A stretch of 64,000 nt of DNA from Zygnema circumcarinatum SAG 698-1b (Eukaryota; Plantae; Zygnematophyceae): positions 2,666,001 to 2,730,000 of the forward strand of contig CM074806.1 in NCBI GenBank assembly GCA_037447605.1, read 5' to 3'. How positions within the stretch are numbered: the stretch's first letter is position 1; each line of letters opens with the position of its first letter. The notes below the pieces were generated by a model, which saw only the letters and a program-made list of their open reading frames with translations, had not been told where the DNA came from and made no database searches. Shown piece by piece: positions 12,687-26,543 of this stretch. The position numbers and the translations under genes were made by a program.

Positions 12687-13571
12687 CAGGCCTCTTCAAA
12701 TAGGGGAGATCCCCTAAATATCGTAAATAGCTTATTTATGTAAGATTTTGAGATTAGTTTACGTGATTTCAACTTAAATACCACACAAGCCCCAAAAAAG
12801 CATTTTTTTGGTTAAAAACAAAAAGGAAATGAATTGCATTTGCAACCACGATAGCAATGATATATATGAACTTTACTTGTTGGTATAACAACACGGCTTT
12901 AGAAACTGGTGCAACCTCTTCGACTCTTATAGATTGGTAAATTTTACCAATCAATTAGAACAACTGTGCATTTGGCAATCACAACATATAGTTGCTTATT
13001 CAAAAACCCAATTGCACTGAAACTTTGTAGATCCAATCCTAAGCTCTCTATTTCCTTTTCCATCCATCATTAATTACTCCAAGTATCACTTTAGAATCCA
13101 TCATAGTCTTGAAATTTCCTCACAAAAACTCTATTCCAAATCATAACCTCTGAAATTCTAGGTGTAGTCACAAAAGAAAAACTGAAATAGGAACTAAAAT
13201 TAGAAATGAAATGAAAAATGGTCTCACTCCCTTAGGAGTTTTAGGCTGATCAAGAAAGCTATAGAAGTGATGCAAACTACTCAAAGAGACCCTCGAAGAG
13301 CGGTCAAACTATCAAACTGTTTGCAGTGAAGAATGCCTTCCAATGAAAAGTCTGTCAACCTCTTTCGAAACTCGTCTTTCTCCCATCCAATTACTGAAAA
13401 ATCAGACTCGACGGTAGCAGTGTTGGGAAATGATGAAGCAAGGTCTCCACAAAATTCTCGTCCGTACGTGCACGGTTTCGTCCGTACAGTCCATATTTAC
13501 GTGTTTTTACAAAACCAAGTTAGGGGACAGTCCCCTATCTTAAGCCGAAGTCCCCTATTTGAAGAGGCCTG
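12687..13571. mobile_element. Non-autonomous hAT-like DNA transposon (MITE-type), 885 bp
   Basis: Perfect 21-bp TIRs CAGGCCTCTTCAAATAGGGGA (12687-12707) / TCCCCTATTTGAAGAGGCCTG (13551-13571). 8-bp TSD CCATTCAC at 12679-12686 and 13572-13579. AT-rich interior with no transposase ORF. An 8-bp TSD with CAG...CTG termini is typical of hAT elements (established knowledge). Confidence 0.92.
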
Positions 13572-13952
13572 CCATTCACACTTTCCGTTCTTTTGCTTGT
13601 AAGTTCTCGCACGTTTCTTCGTACTGTAATTGTTCTGATTTTTACTGTATGTGGTCACGTCACGGGCAGGAAATTGGGCATGCTTGTGCCGGGACTGTGC
13701 CTCCAACCCTAACAGAGGGGCCTTCCTCCTGCGCGGGAAAGCTGAGAAATGGCAAGGAGCAGAGATATGAAGTGTGGGCATGCATGCGCTATGATGCAAA
13801 GAATAAGTCAGCTATGAAACTGTAAATAGAGGAACTGAGGGATTTAAAAAGAGGTGAAGGAAGGTGTTGGACGAGTTACTGGCGGATACCTATTGCAGTC
13901 TGCTGCAGAGGAAGCATGTGAGAGCAATAAGTAAGAGCAGCAATTGGGAGCC

Positions 13953-16900
13953 ATGGCTTTAGAAGAACCGAAGGCGAGGTCACTTGAGACTATCAGAGCC
14001 ATTGTAACGAGCGACCTCGATGAAGCTCAGCGCGTTGAAGCGTACGAGACGTAAGTAGCGGCATGCATATGCACTAGAGGTCGTGGTGAGGGGATCAGAT
14101 ACTATAAAGTATTTAATGCAGAGTTCTAAAAGGACAAGGTGTCTCTCCGAACGATGGTGTAGGCTACCTGATTTTTGGCAGAAGTTAACGGCTTCTTACA
14201 AAATAACAAGCCTTCTAAAAGATATTTTGCGCGGCTGGCTCTGCTGGAATAACGATTATGCGAATCAACATGCCATTTGGTTTAATTTGTAGCGAAAAAA
14301 ATATGCTGACCAGCATTCTCCTTTCAAGACCTTTTCGTTTTGCGTAACATTAATTTTCTTCCCCACAGTGTCCTTTTTTCATAGCGTGTTGGCTGGGCAA
14401 ATTGGGATGTTTTGGCAGCTTTCTTGCATTTCAAAAATTACCAGACAACGAGGAAGCAATTCAATGGCTTTGTCGGATCCTCGAGCCTCTTCTTGCAATT
14501 CTTCGCAATGACATGACAACAAAGAATGAGGAGTTGTGAGTATTGACGTGTTCTTGTAAAGTAGGATGTAGTAGAGTACAGATACAGGAAGTGCGGCCTT
14601 GTCGTGTCCTTTTAAAGCTGGCATGATGGACCAGCCAAACACACTTTTATGCGACTCCACTTATATATTAGTGCACCGGCAGGATACTCCTGCTTTTCGC
14701 CTCTCGTTGGAATAAAAAAAATTAAGCTTAATAAGGTTCATCATCGGGTGGCGCAGGGCTGGGTTAGCCATGAAAACTCTCGGCTATTTGCTTCATCACA
14801 AGACAATTGTAGCAGTCTGCACAGGTAATAGCATGAAATCTCCTGCTTCTGTTTTTTGCATAACCGAGGATTCATCATCAATTTGAACATATTCCAGAGT
14901 TCATTTGTAGCCATTTGTCTTTTTCCATTACCGTTTTGGTCAATCCAATTGTTAGGTTGTCCTTCCTGTTGGCAGACGATTCAGCTCGTGCCATACTTGT
15001 GGCCCTTGTGGAGATCATTACAACGACGAGCATGAAGGTGGGTCCCCAAGTAGTTCTTTTGAGCTAGATATTTTATTTGCAACCGTAGTATACCATATTG
15101 TCTTATCCCCTTTTCTTGTGTTCATTGTTTAGTGTAGAGCAAAAGTCTTTTTTTGGTTCTGATTCTGTTTATGGAGGGACCAACGGCTTTATGTGCAGCG
15201 TCTGTGTTCCATAGGAGCGTGGTGCATTGCTCAACAGCAGCTTCGACCTGAATTGATTGCCCCTCATGTGACTTCTATAGTGGCTGCTCTAGTCCACGCT
15301 GTTGATAACCCAATGGATTCCCTGGCTGTATCAGTGGAGGCCTTTCAGGTATCCCTTTCATGACCTTTAGAAGGAACAAGCATAATGTACAAATAGCTTT
15401 TTTTGCATGCAGAACTTCTTGGTATCAGGTTTTAAGTCTGATAAAGGACATGAAAATATGCATTCAAATTCCAATCGTTAATTGGTTGCTGATCAAGAGC
15501 CGATGTAGCTTGTAAGTCCATATGCGAGTGAGACTTTTCTTTTTGGCGGGTCATGCAACCACAACTTGGAGAGCTTCTAGCTATGTCCTTTGACATTTGT
15601 TAACATTAAACAAGGAAGTTCGTACACAATAAGAAGATGCGATCTTATGCCAGAGCAGACAAGCATTTAGTAAAGCAATTTTGTGGGGCTAACCGCTGCA
15701 AGTTGCGTCAAAAGAACTTGATATTGCCGTCCGTATATCGGTAAGGATTGGGAATGGTATTGTTTGTCAGAATGTACTGGGAAGTATTCGACGCTTCTGT
15801 CAGTCTGGTTGCTGACATTTGTCTGGAATGCAGGCTCTTGTGACACTGTTGAAGACACATCCTGCCCAGATGAAAAAAGAATCTGCTGTTTGGGCACCCG
15901 TGGCTTGTCGGCACTTGCTCAGTGAGGAAAAGCTGAAGAGGGAGTCTGCTGAAGGGCTGCTAGCTGCAGCAGACGAGATACTACTTCCTGCAACATCAGC
16001 TCTGTCACTTGTACGTCCTGGGCTCTCCTGCGTCGCTCTGTGCCTCTCCCGCTTCATTAAGTTTAGTTACCCTCACAAGCCTCACAAGCTCATCTCTGCA
16101 TTAGCAATCATGTATGGACTTAAAGATACGGCATTAAACATTGTTTGCAAAAATCTCAAAAATTAGAATCATGGTTTTTGCTGTGTTTGTTCACATTGTC
16201 TTGTAAGGTTCAACGGATCTGAATTGGACACAGCTGTCAATCCTGATTAGCTGAAGCCAAGTGAAAGTGTGCAATCTGTGATTTGAAAAAAATAGCTGCT
16301 GGGAAACGACTACGGGTGTGCATGTGGTGTACAAACGTTTTAATAGGTAAAGAAGAGTTGAAATGAATATATACAAATGAACTTCTTTTGATCCTCCAAC
16401 CGGTAGCACTGCATTAATTACAAGGATGCAGTGAGGGAGAGTGACCTTGCCACTTGGCTGGGGATTGGTCCATGTACACTGCACCCATGTCAAAAGGATA
16501 TCGAGTGTGTGGTCGTTGACGACATTTCAACTGAAGGCTGTCTATTTTGCTTAGTTCCTTGCACGAGCCTTATTCCATTTCTTGTCATATTGGGATGAAT
16601 CAATGTTGAAAATTGGGTTGCACTTTGGGCTGATGGGAGCAGAGCATCGCTAATTTGGTGAACAGGAATTTGCTGCCGTGCATGGAGAAAGCAGTGAAGA
16701 ACACTGAGATGGGTTTCGTGGTGGTGCGAGCTTGGCCGTGGCTAGTGAAACTGCTTGGGCGCAAGCTGGTGGAGAAGAATACAGATGGCAACCTTCTGGT
16801 GAACCGTTTGCTCAAGATACCTGAGAAGACTTTTTTGTCACCTCAACAACCCCTTCGCATAGCAACACAGGTAAAAATCGCCGCTAAGCTAGTCAGAGAG

Positions 16901-19900
16901 TTTCTCAACCACGTGTACGGCCTGGAGTAGAGTTAGCGTGAATGTTTTCTCAAAAAAATGAATGCGATACTTACAATGTTGGCGCACTATTCTGAGACCA
17001 CAGTAGATTGCTAACCCTGAAGGATAGGCATCTTCCATTTGACTTTCTTCTCTATACTTGAGTCACCAACTACAGCTGCCTCGTCTGCTTTTCCTTGTTT
17101 AGTCCATGGCAATTGCTTGTAGTTGCTGAGTCGTGAGATTGGATGGAGGCCACCTATATATGTTTCAACTTCCTTAATTGTGTCAGGCTGACGTACATGT
17201 CCGGGCTACTTTCTTCTCCTTGCATAATTGTAGGATTGTACGAATAATGAGTGGTCTATATAATCCAGTACTGAATTTATTCCTTGCATGCCTATTCAGT
17301 GACGTTCACATTCATGCAAAGTATAGCAATTCTTCTACTCAGAAAGCAGAGTAGTCTATGTTTACCATTGGTGGGATATCAAAGTAAGGCATAAACCATA
17401 TTAACTGCGAGATTGTGTACAGAACTGGTGTGATGGGCTTTAGATTTTTATCCTTGAAAGGGAATAACGACATGAGATGTTTGAGCCTGTGCGTTACTGA
17501 TCTTCAAACCTCTCCAGACATTTTGGAAACGGATGTCATGGTTGGCTCTGCGTGAAATTGCTGTGTAAAACAGGTACTGGTCCTCGTTAATCTTGGTAAT
17601 AGAGGCCCCTTCGACATGCACAAAGATTAATGTTGCTAACTTAGTTTTGTACTCTTTTGTTTGTCATGGCTTTCTGTTTCAGAGGGCTTGGCAGGCACTC
17701 ATTGACTGTCTCCTATTTAACGGAGCAGCACCTGGTGGTAAAGGAGGTAAGGATTTAATTGGATTTTTTTAAAAATACTGAATTGGTGTTGTGAGAATAC
17801 TGAACAAAGTTGCTGCATTCATTCATGGCTTATAGCATTGTATCTGCAACAAATATCGGCAAGATGCCTGCTTCTGGTTTGACCGCAAGCATCTCGCACG
17901 CAAACAAACGGTTCATCTGACTTGATTAGCGGCTGCTGACATCTCCTTGCTTGTTTGAATGTGGACGCTGTTCTGCAGCAGTGGCTCAACCAGCGCCGAA
18001 ACGTTTGGCTCTGCTCATGATGCCACTTATCAACAACATGACATATGAGAATGACTTGCACGTCCGTATGGCATGCTTTCGTACTTGGAGCTACTTACTC
18101 AATCGACTGGAGAGTTGCATTACGACAACAGCAGTGTTTCAAGCTGTGATTCAGCCCATGTTTGATGTCATATTGCGTAAACACCCTGGTAAGGACGGCT
18201 GTCTCATTTGGCGGCAAGCGACTAGGTTGCTGGAAGGATTGCTGAGCGCTCGAGGGCAAAATCAGGCAAGTGAACAGCTACAGGAAAATTCACAGGCCGC
18301 AGAAGGCACGAATGCGAAAGAGGAAGAGAATGGTCCGTCAAAAGTCAGTGTAGGCAGTGAGGATCATTTCGACCATAGTACAGTGCAGTGGGGAGTATGG
18401 AGGCTAGAGCAGACGGATGAGCTGCTGAAACTGATAACGTTAGTCTTAAAGGCAGAATGGAGTGACCTTCGACCATCCACTTTGAAAAACGGAACCGAAT
18501 TCCATTCAACTAGCAGGGTCCTGAGGCTGTGGGAGCTTTTGGTAAAGGGCATAGAAGCAGCGGGCAGGGCAGATATACGTCCAGCACAGGAGCATGTTGC
18601 TTCGGTTCATTCACTAATGCGTTTTATGCACCAGATCTGTGTCAGAGATGCCTTTGCTGGCTCGAGCATGGATACCCAACAACAAAAGCTAAGGATGCAA
18701 GCTAACTGGTCGCTTCTGAAAGTTCTCATTACAGAACTCAAGCCACTTATCTTAGCTTCATCCTTTTATAAGCTGCCTATTGTGGAAAAAGGAGATGCTG
18801 CATTTGCAGCTTGGGCCAACAGTAGGCAAGAGATGGCCCCTGCAAGCAGGTTCGGAGAGGCTGCAGTCGATATTATAAGCGAGGAGGATGTTTTGGGGAG
18901 CTCAGACCCTCATTCAGTCGGAAGGGGTTCTCCTGCTTTCTACCTGACCGCTGTTTGGCTTCAAGCGGCATTGCTTCGTGGTTCTTTAAGTGGGTCATTG
19001 GAGGAGATAGTTAACCAGCTCCATGAGCTGATTTCTGTAGGAATGAAGGGCCAAGAGGAGCTGACAGATATTATGGTCATGCTGAACGTCTTGGAAGGAC
19101 TTAGTTCATGGTGGAAAAAGGGCGTAGAGGCTTTCCCAGGAGCATCGGTCACTGACATGTCCTCTCAGCAGGACACTGAAACAGATGAAAGGAATTTATC
19201 AACAGCAGCAGATACTGAACCTTGGTCGAAGCTAGATCTCCTTCTTGGGGTATGGAGAGTCATCGTCTCAGAGCTTTACGCACAGATAGCTGGTAGCAAT
19301 GACATCAAAGAACTGGGGGGCAACCGTCCAGATTTTGCGTATCAAGTATTAGAACAATTAATGCTGTTTCCTTTGCGGTGTGTCTTACTGGCAAACCAAA
19401 GGGACGTTTCTTCAGCGGGGCTCGAATCGACGAAAGAGCATTGGGACCAACTCTTGCGCACTGTCTATTGTGTAGCGACACTGAAGAATTTGCAACCAAA
19501 TGTCCTTCTTGCCAGAGTGTTTAAAGGTCTCTTAGAACTTATGGATATCCAGGGTAAGCCAAAGGCAGAGGGGACGTCCTTTCAACCTGCCGTCGATGGT
19601 TTGAAAGGCCCTCCTTCAGACTTGCTTTTTTCTTTCACTGCTGACAGTGCGAGAGTGCTCGAACCCCAAAGTAGTGCAGCAATGGCCATTACGAGGCAGC
19701 GTCGGAAGCACACCACAGTTGGTGGCGGCTCTCAGTCACCAGCGCGGTCTAGCAAAACTGTGGGAGGAAAAGAGGTGTTCGACTCAAGCTCCATCAGTGA
19801 CTTTCTAACTTTGCTTTCTAGGTATTGTGTGACTCACCAAACCATGTATGCCTGTTAAAAAAAAAAAAAAACCCCAAAAAAAGCTGTGATGTAGGGAAAA

Positions 19901-22900
19901 AGCAGTCAGGCATAAGTTGGTTTGAGGTCTTTCTCAGGCGTTGGGCGTCTATAGGACTCTTACTATCCACTGTGCATGATTTGTGGTCGTGACTTCTACT
20001 TGTGTCTTACAGGCTGTTGGATGTATGTCGATCACGGGATTGCTGGCATGAAGCTAAACGGTAGGCTCACCGAGTGACTTCATCAACCTGCTTTGCTGCC
20101 TCTCCCTAGTTCAATGTGTGCCATCGTCTCCAATGCCAACGTTAGGCATAACCAGCACATGTATGCGCTTTCAGAACGTCGGGTTGTTGGAGTACGTAGC
20201 AGATGTACACTTTGCTGTATCATAGGAACATTTTTTGGCTCAGCATTCGGCTGCTTTGCATTTTGTTCAAGGACTTTGCTTCTAAGAATGTTTAAATGTA
20301 GACACTTAGTCGTTTCTGTTGGATATCATTCATACTACAGGCATTTAGATAACCCTTTCTCACATTCAGTCTTCTTCTCCCTTCATGAAACTGTTGACGG
20401 CCACTGAAGGGAAGCTAGCGTTTAATGAAAGGGCTTCAATGGACAGACTGTGATTGGCATTCCTTTTGGTGGCAAAATGCATTTAGTTGTCACAAGCGGT
20501 AGTACTGGGACTATCTGCTTAACTTGAGGAGACCTCGGTGAACATACTGAAAGGTTTAAGTTGCAGCTGTTGGTGGAAAAGTACTTATGTTCCATATGAT
20601 TTTAAGCCGCCCTTTATGAAGATCGGCTAACTAGACCTCATAGACTTGTGCAGAATGTTGCCTGCTGTTTCTGCTTTGGCGAGTCGCCTGCACTCCTCCA
20701 ACGATTTCCTTCTTTTTGCCGAGGTGTGCTCCGTTTATGCCACATACACGAATATGCTAGAGTGTAGGTGCTAGCTATACATTTGCTGTACCTTGCTGTT
20801 GGTTTCAGGGTGTGATGTCTTCCAACAGGGAAGCTTTCCTCAGAGCATAAGAAATGAGCATCCTGGTCAGTAGATTGTTCGCCAGTAACAGATTCATTTG
20901 GGACCACGATAGCAGAACGAAAGAACGAAGAGATGAACGTTAGAATAATTAGAGAACCAAAAGTCAATAAAAAAGAAAAATTAGTACATGGAGCAATAAC
21001 TTCCTAGTGGGCTTGTGTGTGCACATATTTTATGCAGGCGATGTTTTCTCCTTTGGAACAGTGGCTTCGGATGGGGTGGGATTCTCCTGATGTTCGCAAC
21101 TCTCAGTTGCCCCAGGACAGCCAAGAGGTGATGCATGTGGACATAGCGCAGGAGCTTCTTCAACTCTTGGAGACATGTTGGCAGGATATGCTAACAGGGC
21201 TGCAGAAATGCCATCCTCGAGTCCAGTTTGATTCAGAATTACTCACACTTATGGCTCCTGCGTTATCCGCTGCCTTCGTGCATCCACGTACAAGCTTAGC
21301 CAATGTCACCATTGTCTTCTGGGAAGCTACGTTTGGCAAAAGGCACCTCGTGCCTCTGAAGTATCCGTCAAACTTGGTGCCGGTATTATCTAGTTTGAAG
21401 AGCAAATCAAGCATTAGTCTTCCTTTTTGGATCGATATTCCAGAACAAAATGGACATGCGACTTCAGGAAGTACAGCTGCTCCCAGCGGACCTGGGAAAT
21501 CTTCTGAGCAGACTGTGCCTCGTTTAGGGCCAAAATCGCGGCCAAAAGCTTTAGCTTCACGAGGGAGCTGGGCTGCAGACTTCCACGTTTTAAATAATGT
21601 CCAAAGCAAAAAGCAGACTGGGAGGGAAACTGCTGCGCATGAAAGTGCATCCAATGTCATGGCAGCGGCTCGGCCCTGGGTTGGGAAAACAGGGGCTCGA
21701 ATATTGGAAGGCTTTCTTCATGAACAGAGAGTTCGCATGCAAGGAGTGGGAGAAGCTTCCGATAGCACGACGGATCGCCGAGAAGATGGTACAGAAAAAG
21801 TTGGTGCTGAGCAGCAGAAGGACAATGGTGAGAGACCAGATGAAGCTGCTCCACTTACTTCGAAGACATCCTTGGACAAGGTGGTGACTGCAGAGGGAGC
21901 AAGTGATACACAGAACCCAGCCAATACTGCATTTGAATGTGGGGTTGCTACTGAGCATGCTACTTTAGATGCATCGGTTTCAAGGAAGGAAAATGCAGAT
22001 GTTCATCTCGAGGTCCTTAATGGGGAAACCTCTGCGCGTACACGTGGATTTCCCCTAGGGCAACTAAAAAACCCAATAGAGAGAAGAAAAGCAAGTGCTG
22101 CATTTCTTATGAAAAGTTTGCAGAAAACAATAGAAACTCCTCAAAGCGACTTACCTGTGGGGGAGGACGTCTTGGTGCCTGGGAATACCCGCTCCACGAT
22201 GTCCAGCTCACCTGCCACTGTCATGAAGGAGGATGCGCTGAAGGAAATAGAGCCTTTGCCTTCTCATGTCGAAACAGCACCTTTAGAACTTCCAGCAGAA
22301 TCTGTGCAAACGAAGAAGAGACTGCAGACGAGTACGGTCCCGGGAAGCCCAGATGGTTTTGTGGTTATCGCTCCTAGTCAGAAGCGACTGAAAGTGCACT
22401 TGACACGGCATCAGAAGGAGGTTTTAGCGGCTCAGCACGGGCAGGGACCGGAAGCTGGGGGTGGGGGCGGGGGCAGCATGATGTATGGGACAGGAAGAGC
22501 ATTCAATGGGACAGTGCCGGAAGGCTCTTTGCCGAATCGATGGTGGGAGGATACTCAAGACACCGTTGAAAATGGTGGTTGTAGGCAGGATGGACCGATC
22601 ACAGTCCCCCACAAAACCCCATCCAGTAGGGACGTACGAACAGTTGCATCGGGACAGGATGAGGAAGCTGGCACTTGTACTCGGACAGTGGTCTTTGTAA
22701 AGAGGCAGAAAATCCACGACAATCAAGCAACTCCTATTGCTGCGTCCACATCTGGTAGTCAACCATCAGTCAAGTCTGGTAATGGCTCAGCTGCAAAAAC
22801 AGAGAAGGACAGGGAATCAAAGGCGATTGGATTGCTCGGCAATGGTAGCGATGCAGTTCTTAAACGCTGCAATACTGATTCAAGACCGAGGAAAGACGAG

Positions 22901-23986
22901 CAAAGTCAAGAACAGAAACCAAGCGATGATCCTTTTGAATCCTTCCATAAATCACCAGAAGTTGTCGCGCAACAGACAGAGCCTGGGCATGCAGAAGAAG
23001 GAAGAGCAGCTTCGATGGTGGAAGCAGAGGATTGCTGTATTGTCCAAGCAGAGCAAGCTTCTGATGGAGAGATTTCAGCCAACAAGCGCAGGAAGGTTAG
23101 TAAAGAAGGGTCTGCAGAACTTGTACGAAAGGTTGTCACATCAAATATTGACGGGGCTCTTTCTCTGAAGCAAGCAGATAGTTCATTCAATTTTCTCGCA
23201 TGTGAAGCTGAGTCCACCAGAGGCGATTCGGGGAATGGAGGAGTACAATTCAGCTGCGGTCTTGCAGCCTCTGAAAAAGGAAATCTTGAATCGTCGTGTA
23301 TCAATATCCGGATGACAGCGCACAACTTAGCTGCAACTAATAGGTCTGATGCGCAGCAGCCTAACGAGCAGGCCGAGCAGATTCATGAACCGCCGTTCGA
23401 ATCTGGGGCGGGAGAAAAAGCGCTCCCTGAGTTAGAGGCTGGACAGACATCAGAAATTATGTGCGAACAGGTCGACTCTGTGACACATCTGCCTCAGCTT
23501 CCTGGTCTGTCACCTGACGCCTTACTTGGGGATGTACGACAGCCTTCTGTTGGAGTAGCAGCTGGGAGAGAAGGGAATGAAACTGAATGTCCAACACCCT
23601 TTCCCCTCACATTCCAAGCAGCTGCCGCAGACGAGATAGAAGCACAACAGCTATGTGAGCTGCAGGCAAAGGGCCTGAAATCTCTTCAATCAAATGGGAA
23701 ATTGGATGAGGTCTGCAGCAGAGAAGACTGGTCTGTCGCAAGACGAGAAGCCATGGCTTCCTTGCTGCGAAGGTTTCAGGAGGTTTCGAGGGAGGTGGTC
23801 GGCACTCTGGAAGGTCACAGACAGGATGATGAGTCCCTAGTGGACATTGCGGAAGAACAGGCGGAGCACGCTGCCATCCTCACTGAAGTGGCGGCTCTCC
23901 AGCGCTGCCTGGCCTCCCACGCTGCGAGTATCTGCTCGCGCATGGCTAAGGCCTCCTCCAAGAAGATGGATACCATTCTGTCATAA
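13953..23986 (+). CDS. RIF1: RIF1-like (Rap1-interacting factor 1, Rif1_N HEAT repeats) protein, ~1957 aa
   Basis: Exons 13953-14050, 14419-14535, 14757-14824, 14976-15037, 15199-15348, 15834-16010, 16643-16870, 17683-17746, 17979-19821, 20013-20060, 20654-20723, 21038-23986 (5874 nt, in frame). Peptides AMKTLGYLLHH, IGAWCIAQQQL, VRAWPWLVKLLG, RAWQALIDCL, KRLALLMMPL, CFRTWSYLLNRL, HPRTSLANVTIVFWEATFG..LKYPSNLVPVL resemble plant RIF1-like proteins. Long disordered C-terminal half. Small internal exons are less certain. Confidence 0.8.
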
Positions 23987-24863
23987 GGGAGGACGTCGAG
24001 GGCAGCAGTTGGCAGGGGTGGGCTGGGATGGTTGTGCTGTGTGACCCTCCATCTGGACAGACTTGGAAGGAGAGCGTTGGCGTTTACCTTGTCCATAATT
24101 GTATAGCATATGGAGACCGGAGATTTTTCTTTACCCGAGAAATTTTTGGCGCGATAGAAGATGTTCGTATGGTAGTTTTCTTTCCCGTTACCAGGGTTTG
24201 GCAGTTATTGGGAACTGGTGATGTATAAGAACTAGCAGCTATTCCTCAAATAAGCGAATAGGAACTTGGTGCTCCTATTTTTTGCAACTACATTGCAAAT
24301 GCATACGGTTTATAGCCACACCATTGTTCTTGCTCTGTGGGGATAACAACACTGTTGTCGCAACAGTAAATTCAAGAAAAGAAACATACTCAGACATGCC
24401 CAAATTTTGCGTCGCAGATCTGCAAGTCCTAATGTTTGGTGTGGTTGTAAAGACCAAATCATAAATCTATATCTCGCTTTTTCTGTTGTTTTGATTCTAC
24501 CTTCTCCGAAGTCTGATTTCTGCATTACCTTAATGGCACCTTTTGATATCATCTCCGTATGTTGTAGCGTCCCCTTCTGTTAGTTCCCATGGCACACCAT
24601 GGCCATGACACGCCACAGCTCAACTCGGCGCATCCGACATCGCTTCCGTTTCCACATTCCAGACGTAGCCAACACAATATTACATCGGCTGTTTTTTCCT
24701 CGCACTTCTGGTGTACTTCAGCACTAAAAGACACAGAGTGCTCAGAAGAGTAACAAGTTCAATAGAGCTGTGGATGGACACCGGAAAAATTCAGGCAATG
24801 CATGCCGACCAGCACAGTAAAAAGATGAAAAGGAGCCAGGCAGTGCATGGTTAGCCAGAGTCG

Positions 24864-26543
24864 TCAATGGTCCTGCCAATGCCTGTTTCTTGCTTTCAGC
24901 ACCGGGACTTCTTCGTCTTCTTCCTCGTCATGCAGCGTCCCCATGTGTGTTGAAGGTGTCTGCAGGACAACGATCATTAAAATACAATTGGAATACAGTA
25001 AGCCTAGGTACCTAGAAGGCAAAAATGGATCACAACAAGTCGTAGAACAGCAAGGCGGTTGGAACAGATGGGAACCACTAGTAGGAAGGGAACAAGAGAA
25101 AACAAGATTGAAAAAACAAATGAAGGATGTTACAGACAGAATGCAGGCGATCGTGTGATGAGATCAAAGACAAAATCAACAATCATAGAAGAGAAACAGG
25201 CAAGAGCAACTCCAACTCCCTCCCAGAAGAACATGTGATTGCTGACGCAGGCATGAAATTGAGGTGGAGGTATTCTTCAAGAATTAATCAAGGAGCGGCC
25301 TTTTCGTCAAAGCTTTCCCATTGGTGATCGTTGTCATTCCAGCATGTAATCCTTCATGTAAAGAAGCTTACTTTAGCCATTTGCCCCGGTACAGTTCCTG
25401 GTGGAAGGTTATGCGGTCGAGGATAAGGAATGAGGTAGTGCCATCCAATTTCCATCCGCGTCTCTCCTTCAAACAGCTGTGCCATGATTACACCCATGAA
25501 ACCCCTTGAATGCAATTATGAGGATACGGCCTGAAAATCCTCAGGCGCCGATAAGCCATGCTGTCTTTGCCTCGCTTAATTTTCCTTTTCTTAAATGCAA
25601 GTTGACACGAAAACGTTAACCCTATGGCCAGGCCTGCATTCTTTACCCAATATTATCTACAGAACCAATGCAGTATTCTTACTCTGCATTCGCTACATTC
25701 CAGCGTGACACATTTGCATTCAAAAAAGGTGAGAGGAGCTGGTCACATGGACACATATGCATGCACACTTGAAGCAAGTGCTATAGATAGATAGGAATTT
25801 AATGTTTGATTCTACCACTTCACATCCATGCAACTGTAGACCTGCCAAAAAGTCAGACTAATGTTGTTTCAACTTGATTTCTCACAGAACCACACAGCTC
25901 ACTGGCTCACTTGTTTCTCTATGGCCTCCCGATCAGCAGCATCTCGATTTTTTCTGAAAAGCTTCCGGGTCTCATCCTGGACTCCCCCACAGCCTTTGTT
26001 GTTTCAGTCCTGCGCAGACATCACCGACTCTACTCAGGAAGTGTGATCTGTAAGGCATCAATTCAAAAGCTATGGTCTACAATCCATGCTTTTTACAACA
26101 AACGTACTAGTAGCTTCCATTCTTACAGAACGCCAAACGGAAGCCGACAAACCATTCTATTTATGGTTTTGCTCGGCCACCTTCATACTTGATAACACCT
26201 TTCCAGTGTTTGGGATGCATGAGTTGGATGACAATCGCTAAGTTCCAGTGTTCGACATATCTATCCTTTCACTTCTAGAACCTCGTCGCATGAATCTTCC
26301 TGCAAACTTTGCACGAAGCCCCCGTATGGACATGAATTCTCCTGACTGCATCTATTGCAATGACACGAAGCATGCTTCATGAATGTTGACTGCTTCTAGT
26401 CACATTAAGGAAACGTAACAGTGCACAAGGGAGCTTGCCCGAATGTACTCCTTCTCTTCTTCAGGCCCTGGCCACTTCCGTGCACTCCTAAGGAGCCGAC
26501 GGTAAAGATTTAAAGCGCGACCTCTTGTCGCTGAGAGCGCCAT
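24864..26543 (-). CDS. LYRM1: LYR-motif protein (LYRM1-like), 123 aa
   Basis: Exons 26543-26439 (GC donor), 25976-25911, 25476-25372, 24959-24864. Protein MALSATRGRALNLYRRLLRSARKW...KEYIRDETRKLFRKNR...LFEGETRMEIGWHYLIPYPRPHNLPP; the LYR motif and the HYxIPYPRP block are characteristic of LYRM1. Confidence 0.85.

Noticed and set aside
12195-12743. 182-aa ORF with TIHTFRT repeats as a real gene
   Set aside because: It is a by-product of the 39-bp (3n) tandem array; its 3' end lies inside the MITE and there is no splice or homology support.
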